Virus genome (UHGV): UHGV-2031204
DNA from: a virus
Strand: one strand, 5' to 3'
DNA: 64,000 bases
Below, in pieces: positions 29,673 through 38,039 of the stretch. The stretch's first letter is position 1; each line of letters opens with the position of its first letter. The translations under genes were made by a program, and so were the position numbers. Under the pieces are notes generated by a model, which saw only the letters and a program-made list of their open reading frames with translations, was not told the DNA's origin and ran no database searches.

Positions 29673-29748
29673 GGGGGTGTAGCACAATTGGTAGTGCAGC
29701 GGTCTCCAAAACCGAAGGTTGGGAGTTCGAAACTTCCCGCCCCCGCCA
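29673..29748 (+). tRNA. tRNA-Trp (anticodon CCA)
   Basis: 76-nt cloverleaf read by hand: acceptor GGGGGTG/CGCCCCC, D-arm GCAC-AATTGGTA-GTGC, anticodon loop CTCCAAA, T-arm GGGAG-TTCGAAA-CTTCC, discriminator G, encoded CCA; very similar to E. coli tRNA-Trp. Confidence 0.85.
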
Positions 29749-29812
29749 GATTTTAGCCACTAAGTTCATTCTCAACACAGAAAACGATATGTGTTATCTG
29801 TGGGAGAAAATT

Positions 29813-30049
29813 ATGAACTTGTATCTAGTAGAAAGAACCGACAGCGTTGGTTGGGATGAATGTTCCGCAATGATTGTTGCAGCCCCTACGGAAGAAGCTG
29901 CATGTGCAATTCTTCCTTGCGAGTCTGGCTGGACTGGTGAGTTGTTATTGGATGGAGATGTGGAAGAGGTTACCCTCAAAGCCACACTCCTCGGTACGAC
30001 ACACTACCCAGAGGGGGAGGTTCTTTACACTGATTACCTATACGGCTAA
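29813..30049 (+). CDS. hypothetical small protein
   Basis: ATG 29813 after GGGAG; 78 aa; followed by hairpin GTGGGCTTCGGCCCAC. Confidence 0.5.
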   Translation: MNLYLVERTDSVGWDECSAMIVAAPTEEAACAILPCESGWTGELLLDGDVEEVTLKATLLGTTHYPEGEVLYTDYLYG

Positions 30050-30219
30050 AACAGTGGGCTTCGGCCCACTAACCTAATTAGAACAATCGAACAAGAGTCA
30101 CAAACTCGTCAGCCTTCAACTGAGGGTCGGTTGTTCTGATAACTTCTGCTCTTGCTCACGGGTAGAAAGCTCCTTAAAAACGTGTAAACACCTACCGATT
30201 AAGTTCGGACTTACGTTAG

Positions 30220-30285
30220 GGTCGTGAGACCCTGGTGGTTAGACCACCTAAACGGTTGTACGGTGGGAGGATAAAACCTCCCACC
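30220..30285 (+). other. three consecutive perfect hairpins in a non-coding leader
   Basis: GGGTCGTGAGACCC, GGTGGTTAGACCACC and GGTGGGAGGATAAAACCTCCCACC in tandem. Confidence 0.4.
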
Positions 30286-30588
30286 TGCACCCACCAAGAA
30301 TTTAATTATTGGGTATTTCCCCTAAGTGTAACGTGAATACCCTGTAATGTGAATTGAGAGTTACGTGTTAACTCGACGGTACTGGTCGATGATCACCTGT
30401 AAACCTTCATCGTCCCATGTCATGCTGTGTTTGACCAGTACCGAACTTTGTCGCTATGCCTGGTGACGTGGCTACACACCGAGGCTGGGGCTCGACACCC
30501 GTTAGCGACACCCTTTTTGCGTTATTGTCAGTATTCTGAAGCTGTGTTCAGTGACAGTAGCGTTTTTTATTCGCGTTGGCGTTTGTAC

Positions 30589-30630
30589 CATTGCTGCCCT
30601 TGCTGTCATTGCTGCCACTGCCTGCTGCGC
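30589..30630 (+). repeat. short tandem repeat of a TTGCTGYCM nonamer (about four units)
   Basis: CATTGCTGCCCTTGCTGTCATTGCTGCCACTGCCTGCTGCGCC. Confidence 0.7.
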
Positions 30631-30724
30631 CTCAACAGACGTTCAACGCGTCCCATTAACCCACACGTCGGGGTATAGCGACGTACAACAGAACGAGTAG
30701 TAGTAACAGAACGAGGTAACAGAA

Positions 30725-31372
30725 ATGCTTACAGTAAAACGCATTATTAACGGTGACCGTGTCATCACTGTGCACGAACGTGTACGTTTAGGTGACAAAA
30801 TGTCCCGTGTTTACAAAGAAGCACTTAAAGTCGCCAATGGCGAAGATAATGAATTGTGTTTTGATAACGCGATTGATTTGCCGAGAAAACCGAAATCGGT
30901 GGGTTATACAGCTTTAACTGATATGTCCGTAGAGGAACAGAAAAGCACCTTAGCCAACCTGCATCCGTTTTTGCACAATGTGTCAGATTGGACCGTTGTC
31001 ATTGGTGGTCGACCTATTCCAGAGGATGTACCACGTGTGGTGATCGTTAACCCGCGTATGCCGTCCTTCGAAGAAAAGAATTCGCCAGTCGACGAAATTT
31101 ATATCCCTGGCAATAATTTCTATTGCCGGTTTTGTGGCTTTACACAGCGTGAAATGACGTATGTGATGCCACCTCAAGAAATCCAATTAGTCCGCGAGTT
31201 GATTAACGAAGATGGTGATACCTTCTATCAGAATCAGCTCCGTAGCGGTAAGCACTCAGTTGACGAGGCTATCGGCGTTTTACTCGTCGATGATGCTTAC
31301 GAATTTTTCTATCCAGGGGATGTGGTTTACATCATGAACAATGAAGGTAAAACCATTGATACCCTGCGATAA
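30725..31372 (+). CDS. hypothetical protein
   Basis: 215-aa ORF; terminator at 31478..31516. Confidence 0.65.
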   Translation: MLTVKRIINGDRVITVHERVRLGDKMSRVYKEALKVANGEDNELCFDNAIDLPRKPKSVGYTALTDMSVEEQKSTLANLHPFLHNVSDWTVVIGGRPIPEDVPRVVIVNPRMPSFEEKNSPVDEIYIPGNNFYCRFCGFTQREMTYVMPPQEIQLVRELINEDGDTFYQNQLRSGKHSVDEAIGVLLVDDAYEFFYPGDVVYIMNNEGKTIDTLR

Positions 31373-31477
31373 CCAGTTTAGCTCCGCCGAAAGCTAAAAG
31401 CCCACCCTTCGAGAACGCCCATTCTCATGCCCTGAAGGGTTTTAATCCTGTAGTTTCATTGCCGATGACAGGGAACG

Positions 31478-31516
31478 TACCTACCTCCGAAAGGGGGTAG
31501 GTATATTCTTTTTTAT
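31478..31516 (+). terminator. intrinsic terminator
   Basis: TACCTACCTCCGAAAGGGGGTAGGTA hairpin followed by T-run. Confidence 0.75.
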
Positions 31517-31520
31517 CGCA

Positions 31521-31550
31521 AATTTTTAGAGATAGATGTTACCTGTATGA
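31521..31550 (+). promoter_or_regulatory. conserved promoter-like element, variant copy
   Basis: AAATTTTTAGAGATAGATGTTACCTGTATGA upstream of 31597. Confidence 0.4.
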
Positions 31551-31596
31551 ACGTTGGTACTAAGCGTTTTAATTCGACTTTTTAGGAGCAGGTAAA

Positions 31597-32037
31597 ATGA
31601 AAATAGATGCCATTGAAGGTTTGATGTGTTTGGGGTATACGTTTGATGAAGCGGCTGTTATTCGACCGTTTTTGTCACGCCGTTTCTCAGTGTGGCAAGC
31701 ACTACCCAAAGATGGACCGACTGGTAAGTTAGTAGAACGATTTGTTGAGCGGGTGCTGAATCGTAATCGGAATGAATTTAGTTTACGGTGGGCGGATGGG
31801 AAAGAACGCAAACACTTAAACCCAAGCCCGTGGTGTATGTTGGTGTTTCGTTGTGATGGCGAAGAATTTACGTTCCCAGCTATTGAATTTGTAAGGCGGT
31901 ACGGGTTAGCAATTTACACAGAGTTAGGAACAAACGGCGCAGGTCGAGTATTAGTTTACGACCGGGGCGAGTTACGGATTAAAACGAAACAGTTGGCGGA
32001 GCTTTACCACGAGCGTCACGCCGTAGAATTAGTATAA
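31597..32037 (+). CDS. hypothetical protein
   Basis: 146-aa ORF with AGGAGCAGG RBS and a variant promoter-like motif upstream. Confidence 0.65.
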   Translation: MKIDAIEGLMCLGYTFDEAAVIRPFLSRRFSVWQALPKDGPTGKLVERFVERVLNRNRNEFSLRWADGKERKHLNPSPWCMLVFRCDGEEFTFPAIEFVRRYGLAIYTELGTNGAGRVLVYDRGELRIKTKQLAELYHERHAVELV

Positions 32038-32053
32038 CTATAGAGGGTGATTA

Positions 32054-32078
32054 GGGGACTATACGTCCCCTTTTTTTT
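32054..32078 (+). terminator. intrinsic terminator
   Basis: GGGGACTATACGTCCCC hairpin followed by T8. Confidence 0.8.
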
Positions 32079-32119
32079 GATTTTTACGGTACTGGTATGT
32101 ATTTATAGGAGGTGGTACC

Positions 32120-32524
32120 GTGAACGTCGAAGAACCACATTACGATTTTTATAGTTTGTTAGAGAACAACATCTTTCCAGAACGGATTTTAGTTCGCAGT
32201 CGTTTAGACGATTTGATTCTGTATACGCTCTTGCCTATATTGGCAAATCACCCTGAGTTTAAAGCATGGCTTAGTGAAATGAAATCCATTGACGAACCTG
32301 CTTTGCTACTAAACGATGAGGTTCCGGTAATACGCACGAATTACCACCTTACGAGAACGGAGGTCCATGCGATTACCCCGAAACTAGTTAATTCGTTTAT
32401 GTGTGAATTAGCCAACGGGATAAAACGTCAACAGATACCGTTAGTTGAAGCTTTCTCTGTGTTATTGGATGCGGTATATAGTTTCCAGTACCAGGCAACC
32501 AATAAGCTGTCAAATATCCATTGA
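32120..32524 (+). CDS. hypothetical protein
   Basis: GTG start after AGGAGGTGG RBS; 134 aa. Confidence 0.6.
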   Translation: MNVEEPHYDFYSLLENNIFPERILVRSRLDDLILYTLLPILANHPEFKAWLSEMKSIDEPALLLNDEVPVIRTNYHLTRTEVHAITPKLVNSFMCELANGIKRQQIPLVEAFSVLLDAVYSFQYQATNKLSNIH

Positions 32525-32543
32525 GTTATAGTGGGAGAGAAAA

Positions 32544-32924
32544 ATGAATACTACACTGCGTCCACTGGACGTGATTTTGGTGCATCCGGACGCATTGAGT
32601 AAAATTAAGATTCGGAGCCAGCTCGACGAGAAGCTGCTTTCGTCTCTGGAATGGGGTTTTGTGATGCACCCCGGTGAGTATAAAAACACACGATACAATG
32701 ATGTTCCAGAAGGTAGTGTGATTGATTGGTCTGTGCCGGAAGGGTTTGAAGATGTCGTTCAGTACATGGCTGAAATGACGGTGCCCTACACGTTACCGAT
32801 TGCGGGACCTGCGGAGAATATCATTAGCCTACGCAGATTGGTGAATGCACAACCTGAAAACATCCGTAATGGGGTGGCGTGGACGACAGGAACGGCATGT
32901 CATTTGAAGAATATGTTGCAGTGA
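32544..32924 (+). CDS. hypothetical protein
   Basis: 126-aa ORF with GGGAGAGAAAA RBS; terminator follows. Confidence 0.65.
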   Translation: MNTTLRPLDVILVHPDALSKIKIRSQLDEKLLSSLEWGFVMHPGEYKNTRYNDVPEGSVIDWSVPEGFEDVVQYMAEMTVPYTLPIAGPAENIISLRRLVNAQPENIRNGVAWTTGTACHLKNMLQ

Positions 32925-32934
32925 AAGAATAGTA

Positions 32935-32978
32935 CCCACTACTCGTTTCTGAGTAGTGGGTAGGTTTTCTTTTTTTTG
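32935..32978 (+). terminator. intrinsic terminator
   Basis: CCCACTACTCGTTTCTGAGTAGTGGG hairpin followed by T-rich run. Confidence 0.7.
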
Positions 32979-33791
32979 TTACGATTTGAAACGACCGCCT
33001 GACATGTAGTTGTAACGGTTGCCCGAGTCGTCGTTGTGCACCATCGCGCGTTGTAGACGTGGTAAATTGTCGTTGAACATTTCACCCGCATCGGAATAGC
33101 CTTCGATGACATTTTTAAACGCACCGAACTCCATACCGTTTTCGAGACGACCAGAATCCATATCGAAAATCATTTTGTTGTAGATATACTGTTTTGTGGC
33201 GTAAAGTGCCATATCTGCAACAACCGGATAGAAGGCCGGTTTGATTTCGTTTAAGTCTTCAGACATTTCGAATTTAACCTGGAGTTTGGTCGCATAAACG
33301 AACATGCCAGGGTCTTTGATTTTAATCGTGTTAGGTCCAAGCTTTTTCACCTCAGGTGAAGAAATGCGTGGCATTGCAGATTGACTATCCACAACAAATT
33401 GGGTAGAGGCTAGTACACCGGACGTTGCACCATCTAAATAAGACCCAGCAGGCGGTAAAGTATAGGCTTGCCCTGCTACGGGTGTGACGGCCATATGGAC
33501 ATCAAGTATTGGACGTCCACCAGTTTTCATGTCGTCCAGGTAATAGATGCGTGAGTAGTAATCCTGGGTGTCGTTTTCAAAAGGGAGACCCTGTAAATCG
33601 ATCTCTGTGTACTGACCTAAACGAGAGACTTCAGGAATTAAGTATTCCCGAAAAACCTTTTGAGTGATTTCATTGTCCAGCGAACTGGCAACACCAAAGT
33701 TGCGAAGATTTTGAGGTACAAAAGCCGCACGAAGAATCGGTTCGGGAATTTCGCGACGTATTCTCCGTAGACAGTAGTCGATGACGCTCAT
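32979..33791 (-). CDS. hypothetical protein
   Basis: 270-aa minus-strand ORF, divergent from the 33958 gene. Confidence 0.65.
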   Translation of the reverse strand: MSVIDYCLRRIRREIPEPILRAAFVPQNLRNFGVASSLDNEITQKVFREYLIPEVSRLGQYTEIDLQGLPFENDTQDYYSRIYYLDDMKTGGRPILDVHMAVTPVAGQAYTLPPAGSYLDGATSGVLASTQFVVDSQSAMPRISSPEVKKLGPNTIKIKDPGMFVYATKLQVKFEMSEDLNEIKPAFYPVVADMALYATKQYIYNKMIFDMDSGRLENGMEFGAFKNVIEGYSDAGEMFNDNLPRLQRAMVHNDDSGNRYNYMSGGRFKS

Positions 33792-33910
33792 TGCGTGCTC
33801 CTAATAGGCTCTGTAAAACGGTTCATAGGATCGGGTAATAGTCCAACCCTGCCTTACTAAAAAATACACTCTGTGCCCTTCCTGTGCGCACTATACTCGA
33901 ATAATTTTTG

Positions 33911-33930
33911 TATAGATATTATCTTAATGA
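33911..33930 (+). promoter_or_regulatory. conserved promoter-like element
   Basis: TATAGATATTATCTTAATGA in divergent intergenic region, 27 nt upstream of ATG 33958. Confidence 0.55.
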
Positions 33931-33957
33931 TGTTCCCTTAAAGGAGTATTAACGTTA

Positions 33958-34281
33958 ATGACGCGCGTGCTATTTGGTTTTCTGCTAGACTCTAGCCATT
34001 CAGTTCGCTATCGTCCTGAGGAGATTTTAGAAGCGATACAAGAACTGATTTTTCCGGGTGTTCACAATTTACCTGGAGATCGGTTGAAGGTGGCAGAAAG
34101 ATATTTTGGTTCGGATGCGTGGTTTATGATCAGTGCGTTGGGTCGTGACCACAGTAGTCCTTTCTCTTATAAAAATGGAGTTGTGCAAACGTGGTCAAAA
34201 TACACTTCAATCCAGCTACAGTTTATCATAACTTCTGGGCAGCGATGGAAAAAACATCCTACGCTTCCGCTTTGCGGATGA
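33958..34281 (+). CDS. hypothetical small protein, first gene of a small-gene cluster
   Basis: CTTAAAGGAG leader plus promoter-like motif; 107 aa. Confidence 0.55.
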   Translation: MTRVLFGFLLDSSHSVRYRPEEILEAIQELIFPGVHNLPGDRLKVAERYFGSDAWFMISALGRDHSSPFSYKNGVVQTWSKYTSIQLQFIITSGQRWKKHPTLPLCG

Positions 34282-34817
34282 CAGTAAAAGAAAAACAGGC
34301 CGTTACTGTACAACTGATACACACAGCATTAGAGGATATTTTTCACTCAATCCCCAGAATGCCGAATAGTCGGCTGCCGGATTTTTTAGACCAGTTCACG
34401 GATGCTTACACCCTAACGAATTTACTGGTTGCAGATGGTCGTGTAAAACCACCTAAAACCATGAAGTGTCGTCAGGTTCTTGTCCATCGTTCAGCGTTTG
34501 GTGAAGTTGCAACAGAACAAGAACGTGAGGTTTGTGTCCTACGTTCGAAGACATATCTCCTGGGGTTGGCGTTTGATGACTGTTACGACGGTTTGTTGTG
34601 TGATGTCGAATCTTTAGTTAGGGAAGGGTTTGAGGCTGTCGGGGAAGTTTTCAATCCTTATTTAACGGTTGAGATTGAACCACACCTTACACCGAGAGGT
34701 CAAATTGCGATGATGGAGCTTCGTCTTGGAGAAGATATCCGATTTATCCACTACCGGAACTGTTTCCCGGATAAAAGATACGATCCGGATTACCTTACTC
34801 GATCACGTGACGTATAA
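34278..34817 (+). CDS. hypothetical protein
   Basis: Start taken at the ATGA overlap with the upstream stop (ORF track starts at 34191). Confidence 0.5.
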   Translation: MTVKEKQAVTVQLIHTALEDIFHSIPRMPNSRLPDFLDQFTDAYTLTNLLVADGRVKPPKTMKCRQVLVHRSAFGEVATEQEREVCVLRSKTYLLGLAFDDCYDGLLCDVESLVREGFEAVGEVFNPYLTVEIEPHLTPRGQIAMMELRLGEDIRFIHYRNCFPDKRYDPDYLTRSRDV

Positions 34818-35157
34818 GGCGTACCAGCGTATACTCGCGGACGAAAGGTTGTCATCGTATTCAGGGACAGATGCTGAACAGTTAAAATATGTCATACTGT
34901 CCCTACTGGAGTATCTCATTCCTAATTTTACGGAATCGGGAATGTGGGATGCTAACTGTGCTGCAACGATAGTACGGTCTTATCGACCTCGGTCTACAGA
35001 GGAAGATGTTCGTCTGATAACATCTTACGTCCGTGGTGCACTATGTGAGGAAATGGGCATTCCTCCCAAAGGGTGGCGTTTTTATTATCGGATAGACGGA
35101 CATTTTCTTCGTTTTATTCCAAAGAAGGTAACGGATGTTTATGACGATCTTTATTGA
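34726..35157 (+). CDS. hypothetical protein (start uncertain)
   Basis: ORF overlaps the previous gene by 92 nt in another frame; in-frame GTG at 34807 is an alternative start. Confidence 0.4.
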   Translation: MEKISDLSTTGTVSRIKDTIRITLLDHVTYKAYQRILADERLSSYSGTDAEQLKYVILSLLEYLIPNFTESGMWDANCAATIVRSYRPRSTEEDVRLITSYVRGALCEEMGIPPKGWRFYYRIDGHFLRFIPKKVTDVYDDLY

Positions 35158-35542
35158 GTTTCCGTGGACAACTGCAGAAATTCTGAAGGTAATAAAACGC
35201 GCCGCGTATCTTCAATACCTGGATGTTTCGGATACAGTAGATTATTACGTAGAACAGCTCGTTAGGCTGGAGGTATTACGTCGAAAGTATTGCATCGACG
35301 AACTTACAGTACGTGAGCTGTTTGCGGACATTATTCGGCGGTATCCGATTGTAGAATCGGAGAGTCCGAACAGTTACTGTATTAATCATGTTATTGAAGT
35401 TGAGCTTCTGAATTCAGTGTCGTTATGGGCGCGACTTGAAGAAGAAGTGGTGGTTTTACCGAATGAAGGTTTTCTTCTGTTCCACACAGGTTCTGGCGTT
35501 TGGCGAATGTTTACAACAGGAGGGGTAGCGTATGGTGCGTGA
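35135..35542 (+). CDS. hypothetical protein
   Basis: 135-aa ORF, 23-nt overlap with upstream gene. Confidence 0.5.
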   Translation: MFMTIFIEFPWTTAEILKVIKRAAYLQYLDVSDTVDYYVEQLVRLEVLRRKYCIDELTVRELFADIIRRYPIVESESPNSYCINHVIEVELLNSVSLWARLEEEVVVLPNEGFLLFHTGSGVWRMFTTGGVAYGA

Positions 35543-36041
35543 GAGTTATTTTATCATACCTGACTATCAATTTATTTGCGGACCGCTGACGGAGTTTGAT
35601 CCGAACGCGATATTGCGCGAAGTCTGTACCGATTTAAATACGGTACTGAATTATGTTTGGGAGTATGCGTTAACGGGGCACTTCCCGAAGTTAAATCGTT
35701 ACGCGTTACAAGGAACGTTTGATTTTATTGGACGGGAACTTAACAGCCACGGCGTCTTGTTGGAGGGTGAGCGTGCGTTAGAGTATGTAAGAGCGACGCA
35801 GGAGGTAGCGAAGGCTTTTGTGACAGCGGTGTCGACAGAGCCGTACTGGTTTACACGATACGGCCAGTGGATAGGTGCACGTTATTGTGCACAAAAGCCT
35901 GGCGCGGTAGAGTTCCTTGTAAGGTACGAAGAGGTGAAGTATCCTGAATACGAGGAACCCGCTTTGTTACAACAACTCACCCCAAAAATACAAACGCTTA
36001 CAGAAATGTTGCTGGGTAATCTGGCTGGGAAGGTCTTATAA
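35532..36041 (+). CDS. hypothetical protein
   Basis: 169-aa ORF with GGAGGGG RBS, 11-nt overlap. Confidence 0.55.
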   Translation: MVRESYFIIPDYQFICGPLTEFDPNAILREVCTDLNTVLNYVWEYALTGHFPKLNRYALQGTFDFIGRELNSHGVLLEGERALEYVRATQEVAKAFVTAVSTEPYWFTRYGQWIGARYCAQKPGAVEFLVRYEEVKYPEYEEPALLQQLTPKIQTLTEMLLGNLAGKVL

Positions 36042-36547
36042 TGCAGTATGTTTATTACGTCGCGCAAGAGGTACAAAGTTACGGTAGAACCCGTTTTTAC
36101 GAAGCAGTACGTGATGTGTTGGTGGACGTTTTAGAAACGAATCGTTTAGACGTTTTCGAACACGATATTCGTCGACTCTATGAAGACTTCGGTACCGCAT
36201 ACATTATCGCGGCGAAGTCCCATAATCCCGAGTTGTTAAAAGAACTGCTTACTGTTACTGCATACGACGAAAATGCTATTCCTGGCGAAACCGTAGAAAG
36301 TATCACCTTCCTTTCTACGATAGGTGATGAAGACAGTCATCTTGCGGCAATTTGTCACGCGGCGGATATTCTACAGCGTGAGCTCCAGTCGCAGACAGGA
36401 TTGGCTGCGTTAATTAATTCTATGTTTCCTGGTTCATTGACGCGTTGGATTGGGGAAACATTCAGCGATCTGGTGTTGGTCTGCTATGAAACTGTTTATG
36501 GAAATTTCGGAAGTGTATCTCCCGGAACGCCTACATTCGCGGGTTGA
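36041..36547 (+). CDS. hypothetical protein
   Basis: 168-aa ORF, TAATG stop-start overlap. Confidence 0.5.
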   Translation: MQYVYYVAQEVQSYGRTRFYEAVRDVLVDVLETNRLDVFEHDIRRLYEDFGTAYIIAAKSHNPELLKELLTVTAYDENAIPGETVESITFLSTIGDEDSHLAAICHAADILQRELQSQTGLAALINSMFPGSLTRWIGETFSDLVLVCYETVYGNFGSVSPGTPTFAG

Positions 36548-36917
36548 GAATGCGGATATTGGTTCGGTAGCACCGTATATGGCGTACTGGTTCCTGGCGA
36601 AGTATGCAGAAGAATCTGTACGTTCAGTGGTACGTCGTTTGGGTGAGGGTGAAACGTTTCTGACGTTCATCCCACCCAACCATCAATTTATTTTCACACA
36701 ACTAGCACAACTGTTCTCAGTCGATGAAGTGCGTATATTCTCCCATTCTTTGTTGCAGTTTGAAATAGAAAAGGATGTGGACTATTTTCGTATCCGTAAT
36801 TTGGTGGAAACACTCTGGCGACAGTCTGGGTTAACGCCGGAAGAAGGATCGAAGAAAACCAAAGTATCTTTGTTTATGAATGAGATTGGGAGTGGTTTTA
36901 TTTGCATAGAGGTTTGA
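36450..36917 (+). CDS. hypothetical protein (start uncertain)
   Basis: ORF overlaps the previous gene by 98 nt; a later in-frame ATG near 36579 is possible. Confidence 0.4.
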   Translation: MGKHSAIWCWSAMKLFMEISEVYLPERLHSRVENADIGSVAPYMAYWFLAKYAEESVRSVVRRLGEGETFLTFIPPNHQFIFTQLAQLFSVDEVRIFSHSLLQFEIEKDVDYFRIRNLVETLWRQSGLTPEEGSKKTKVSLFMNEIGSGFICIEV

Positions 36918-37532
36918 ATGTACAAAGTACGGGGTGATCATTTCATCCGTCCGAACTTAGGGTTACTGGAATACGCCACAGGTGGCGATTTCTATAAAGA
37001 TAAGTTAGTAAGAACCCTAATGCGCTTTCGCTGTATGCGAGTGTCTTTTCCTGCAACGATAGAGACGACGGATGAAGCAACGCGATATATCAATACCGCG
37101 ATTAGCGAGTTATCGAAAGCGTGTAACTTTCCTGGCAATAAAAGGGAACTGAAAGAGTTAGACAGTTACCTGAAACGGTTAAACGATGAATACCGGCAGT
37201 GGGAATTTAACTCAATGATGGAAACCAGTTATACGGAAGACATGATTGAGGATATGCGACCCCTCCTGGAAATCTATGAGTTATGTAAAATACAAGGCGG
37301 GTCTTCTTGGGATGTGTTGCGTGAACACGCGATAGAAATTCTTCGCGATAATATTCTCCAGATTTACGAGAATGATTGCGAACCCGTTATCCAGCTCTTT
37401 CGTACCGCACACAAATGTGGTATTGAGGGCCTGTGTTTAAACTTATCGTTACACGATGACTTAGGTACCGTTTCAGGTGTTTACGCTACGTTCCATCTGG
37501 ACATCACAATGTTGAGGAGTGATAATGTTTGA
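36918..37532 (+). CDS. hypothetical protein
   Basis: 204-aa ORF, TGAATG junction with upstream gene. Confidence 0.55.
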   Translation: MYKVRGDHFIRPNLGLLEYATGGDFYKDKLVRTLMRFRCMRVSFPATIETTDEATRYINTAISELSKACNFPGNKRELKELDSYLKRLNDEYRQWEFNSMMETSYTEDMIEDMRPLLEIYELCKIQGGSSWDVLREHAIEILRDNILQIYENDCEPVIQLFRTAHKCGIEGLCLNLSLHDDLGTVSGVYATFHLDITMLRSDNV

Positions 37533-37938
37533 TTTTAGTAACATTGAACCAGGGTCTATCGTAAATATTGTTTACGATACCCCGTTAAAAGGTAATGAAA
37601 CGCGAGTGCGTGTACTCGCGTCTAAAGTCGGCTATGAGTTTGCAAAAACCGCAGGCGAAGATCTGGCTGCTATCCAGAAGAACATTTATTCGTCGTTAGT
37701 AGCACAACCTTCAAATGACCTCACTGCGTATAACTATATGCTGTTCCGCGATTCTACAGGTAAAGTAGGCGTTGCGGCAGATGCATGGGTACGCGAAGTA
37801 AGGGTAATTACCAGTTTGACAGCACGTTTTGTTGTACAGCTCGATAACAAGCAGGAGAAAGAAGACCTGGAAGCTGCGTTGGCAGCACGTGGGTTTAATG
37901 ATGTGGAAATCGAGATCATTGAAAACGCGGCAGGTTAA
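37519..37938 (+). CDS. hypothetical protein
   Basis: 139-aa ORF with GAGGAG RBS; strong terminator follows. Confidence 0.6.
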   Translation: MIMFDFSNIEPGSIVNIVYDTPLKGNETRVRVLASKVGYEFAKTAGEDLAAIQKNIYSSLVAQPSNDLTAYNYMLFRDSTGKVGVAADAWVREVRVITSLTARFVVQLDNKQEKEDLEAALAARGFNDVEIEIIENAAG

Positions 37939-37943
37939 TCGAA

Positions 37944-37985
37944 AATGTCCTCTCTTCGGAGAGGACATTCTTCTTTCTTTTTTTT
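37944..37985 (+). terminator. intrinsic terminator
   Basis: AATGTCCTCTCTTCGGAGAGGACATT hairpin followed by T-rich run. Confidence 0.75.
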
Positions 37986-38039
37986 CACGTTACCCACCCT
38001 CCTTATAGCCGAGTTAAACTGCCTTTTTAGAGGACAGCC

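Noticed and set aside
30427-30678. 83-aa ORF with Cys/His-rich stretch (CCPCCHCCHC)
   Set aside because: Produced by reading through the TTGCTGYCM tandem repeat; no RBS.
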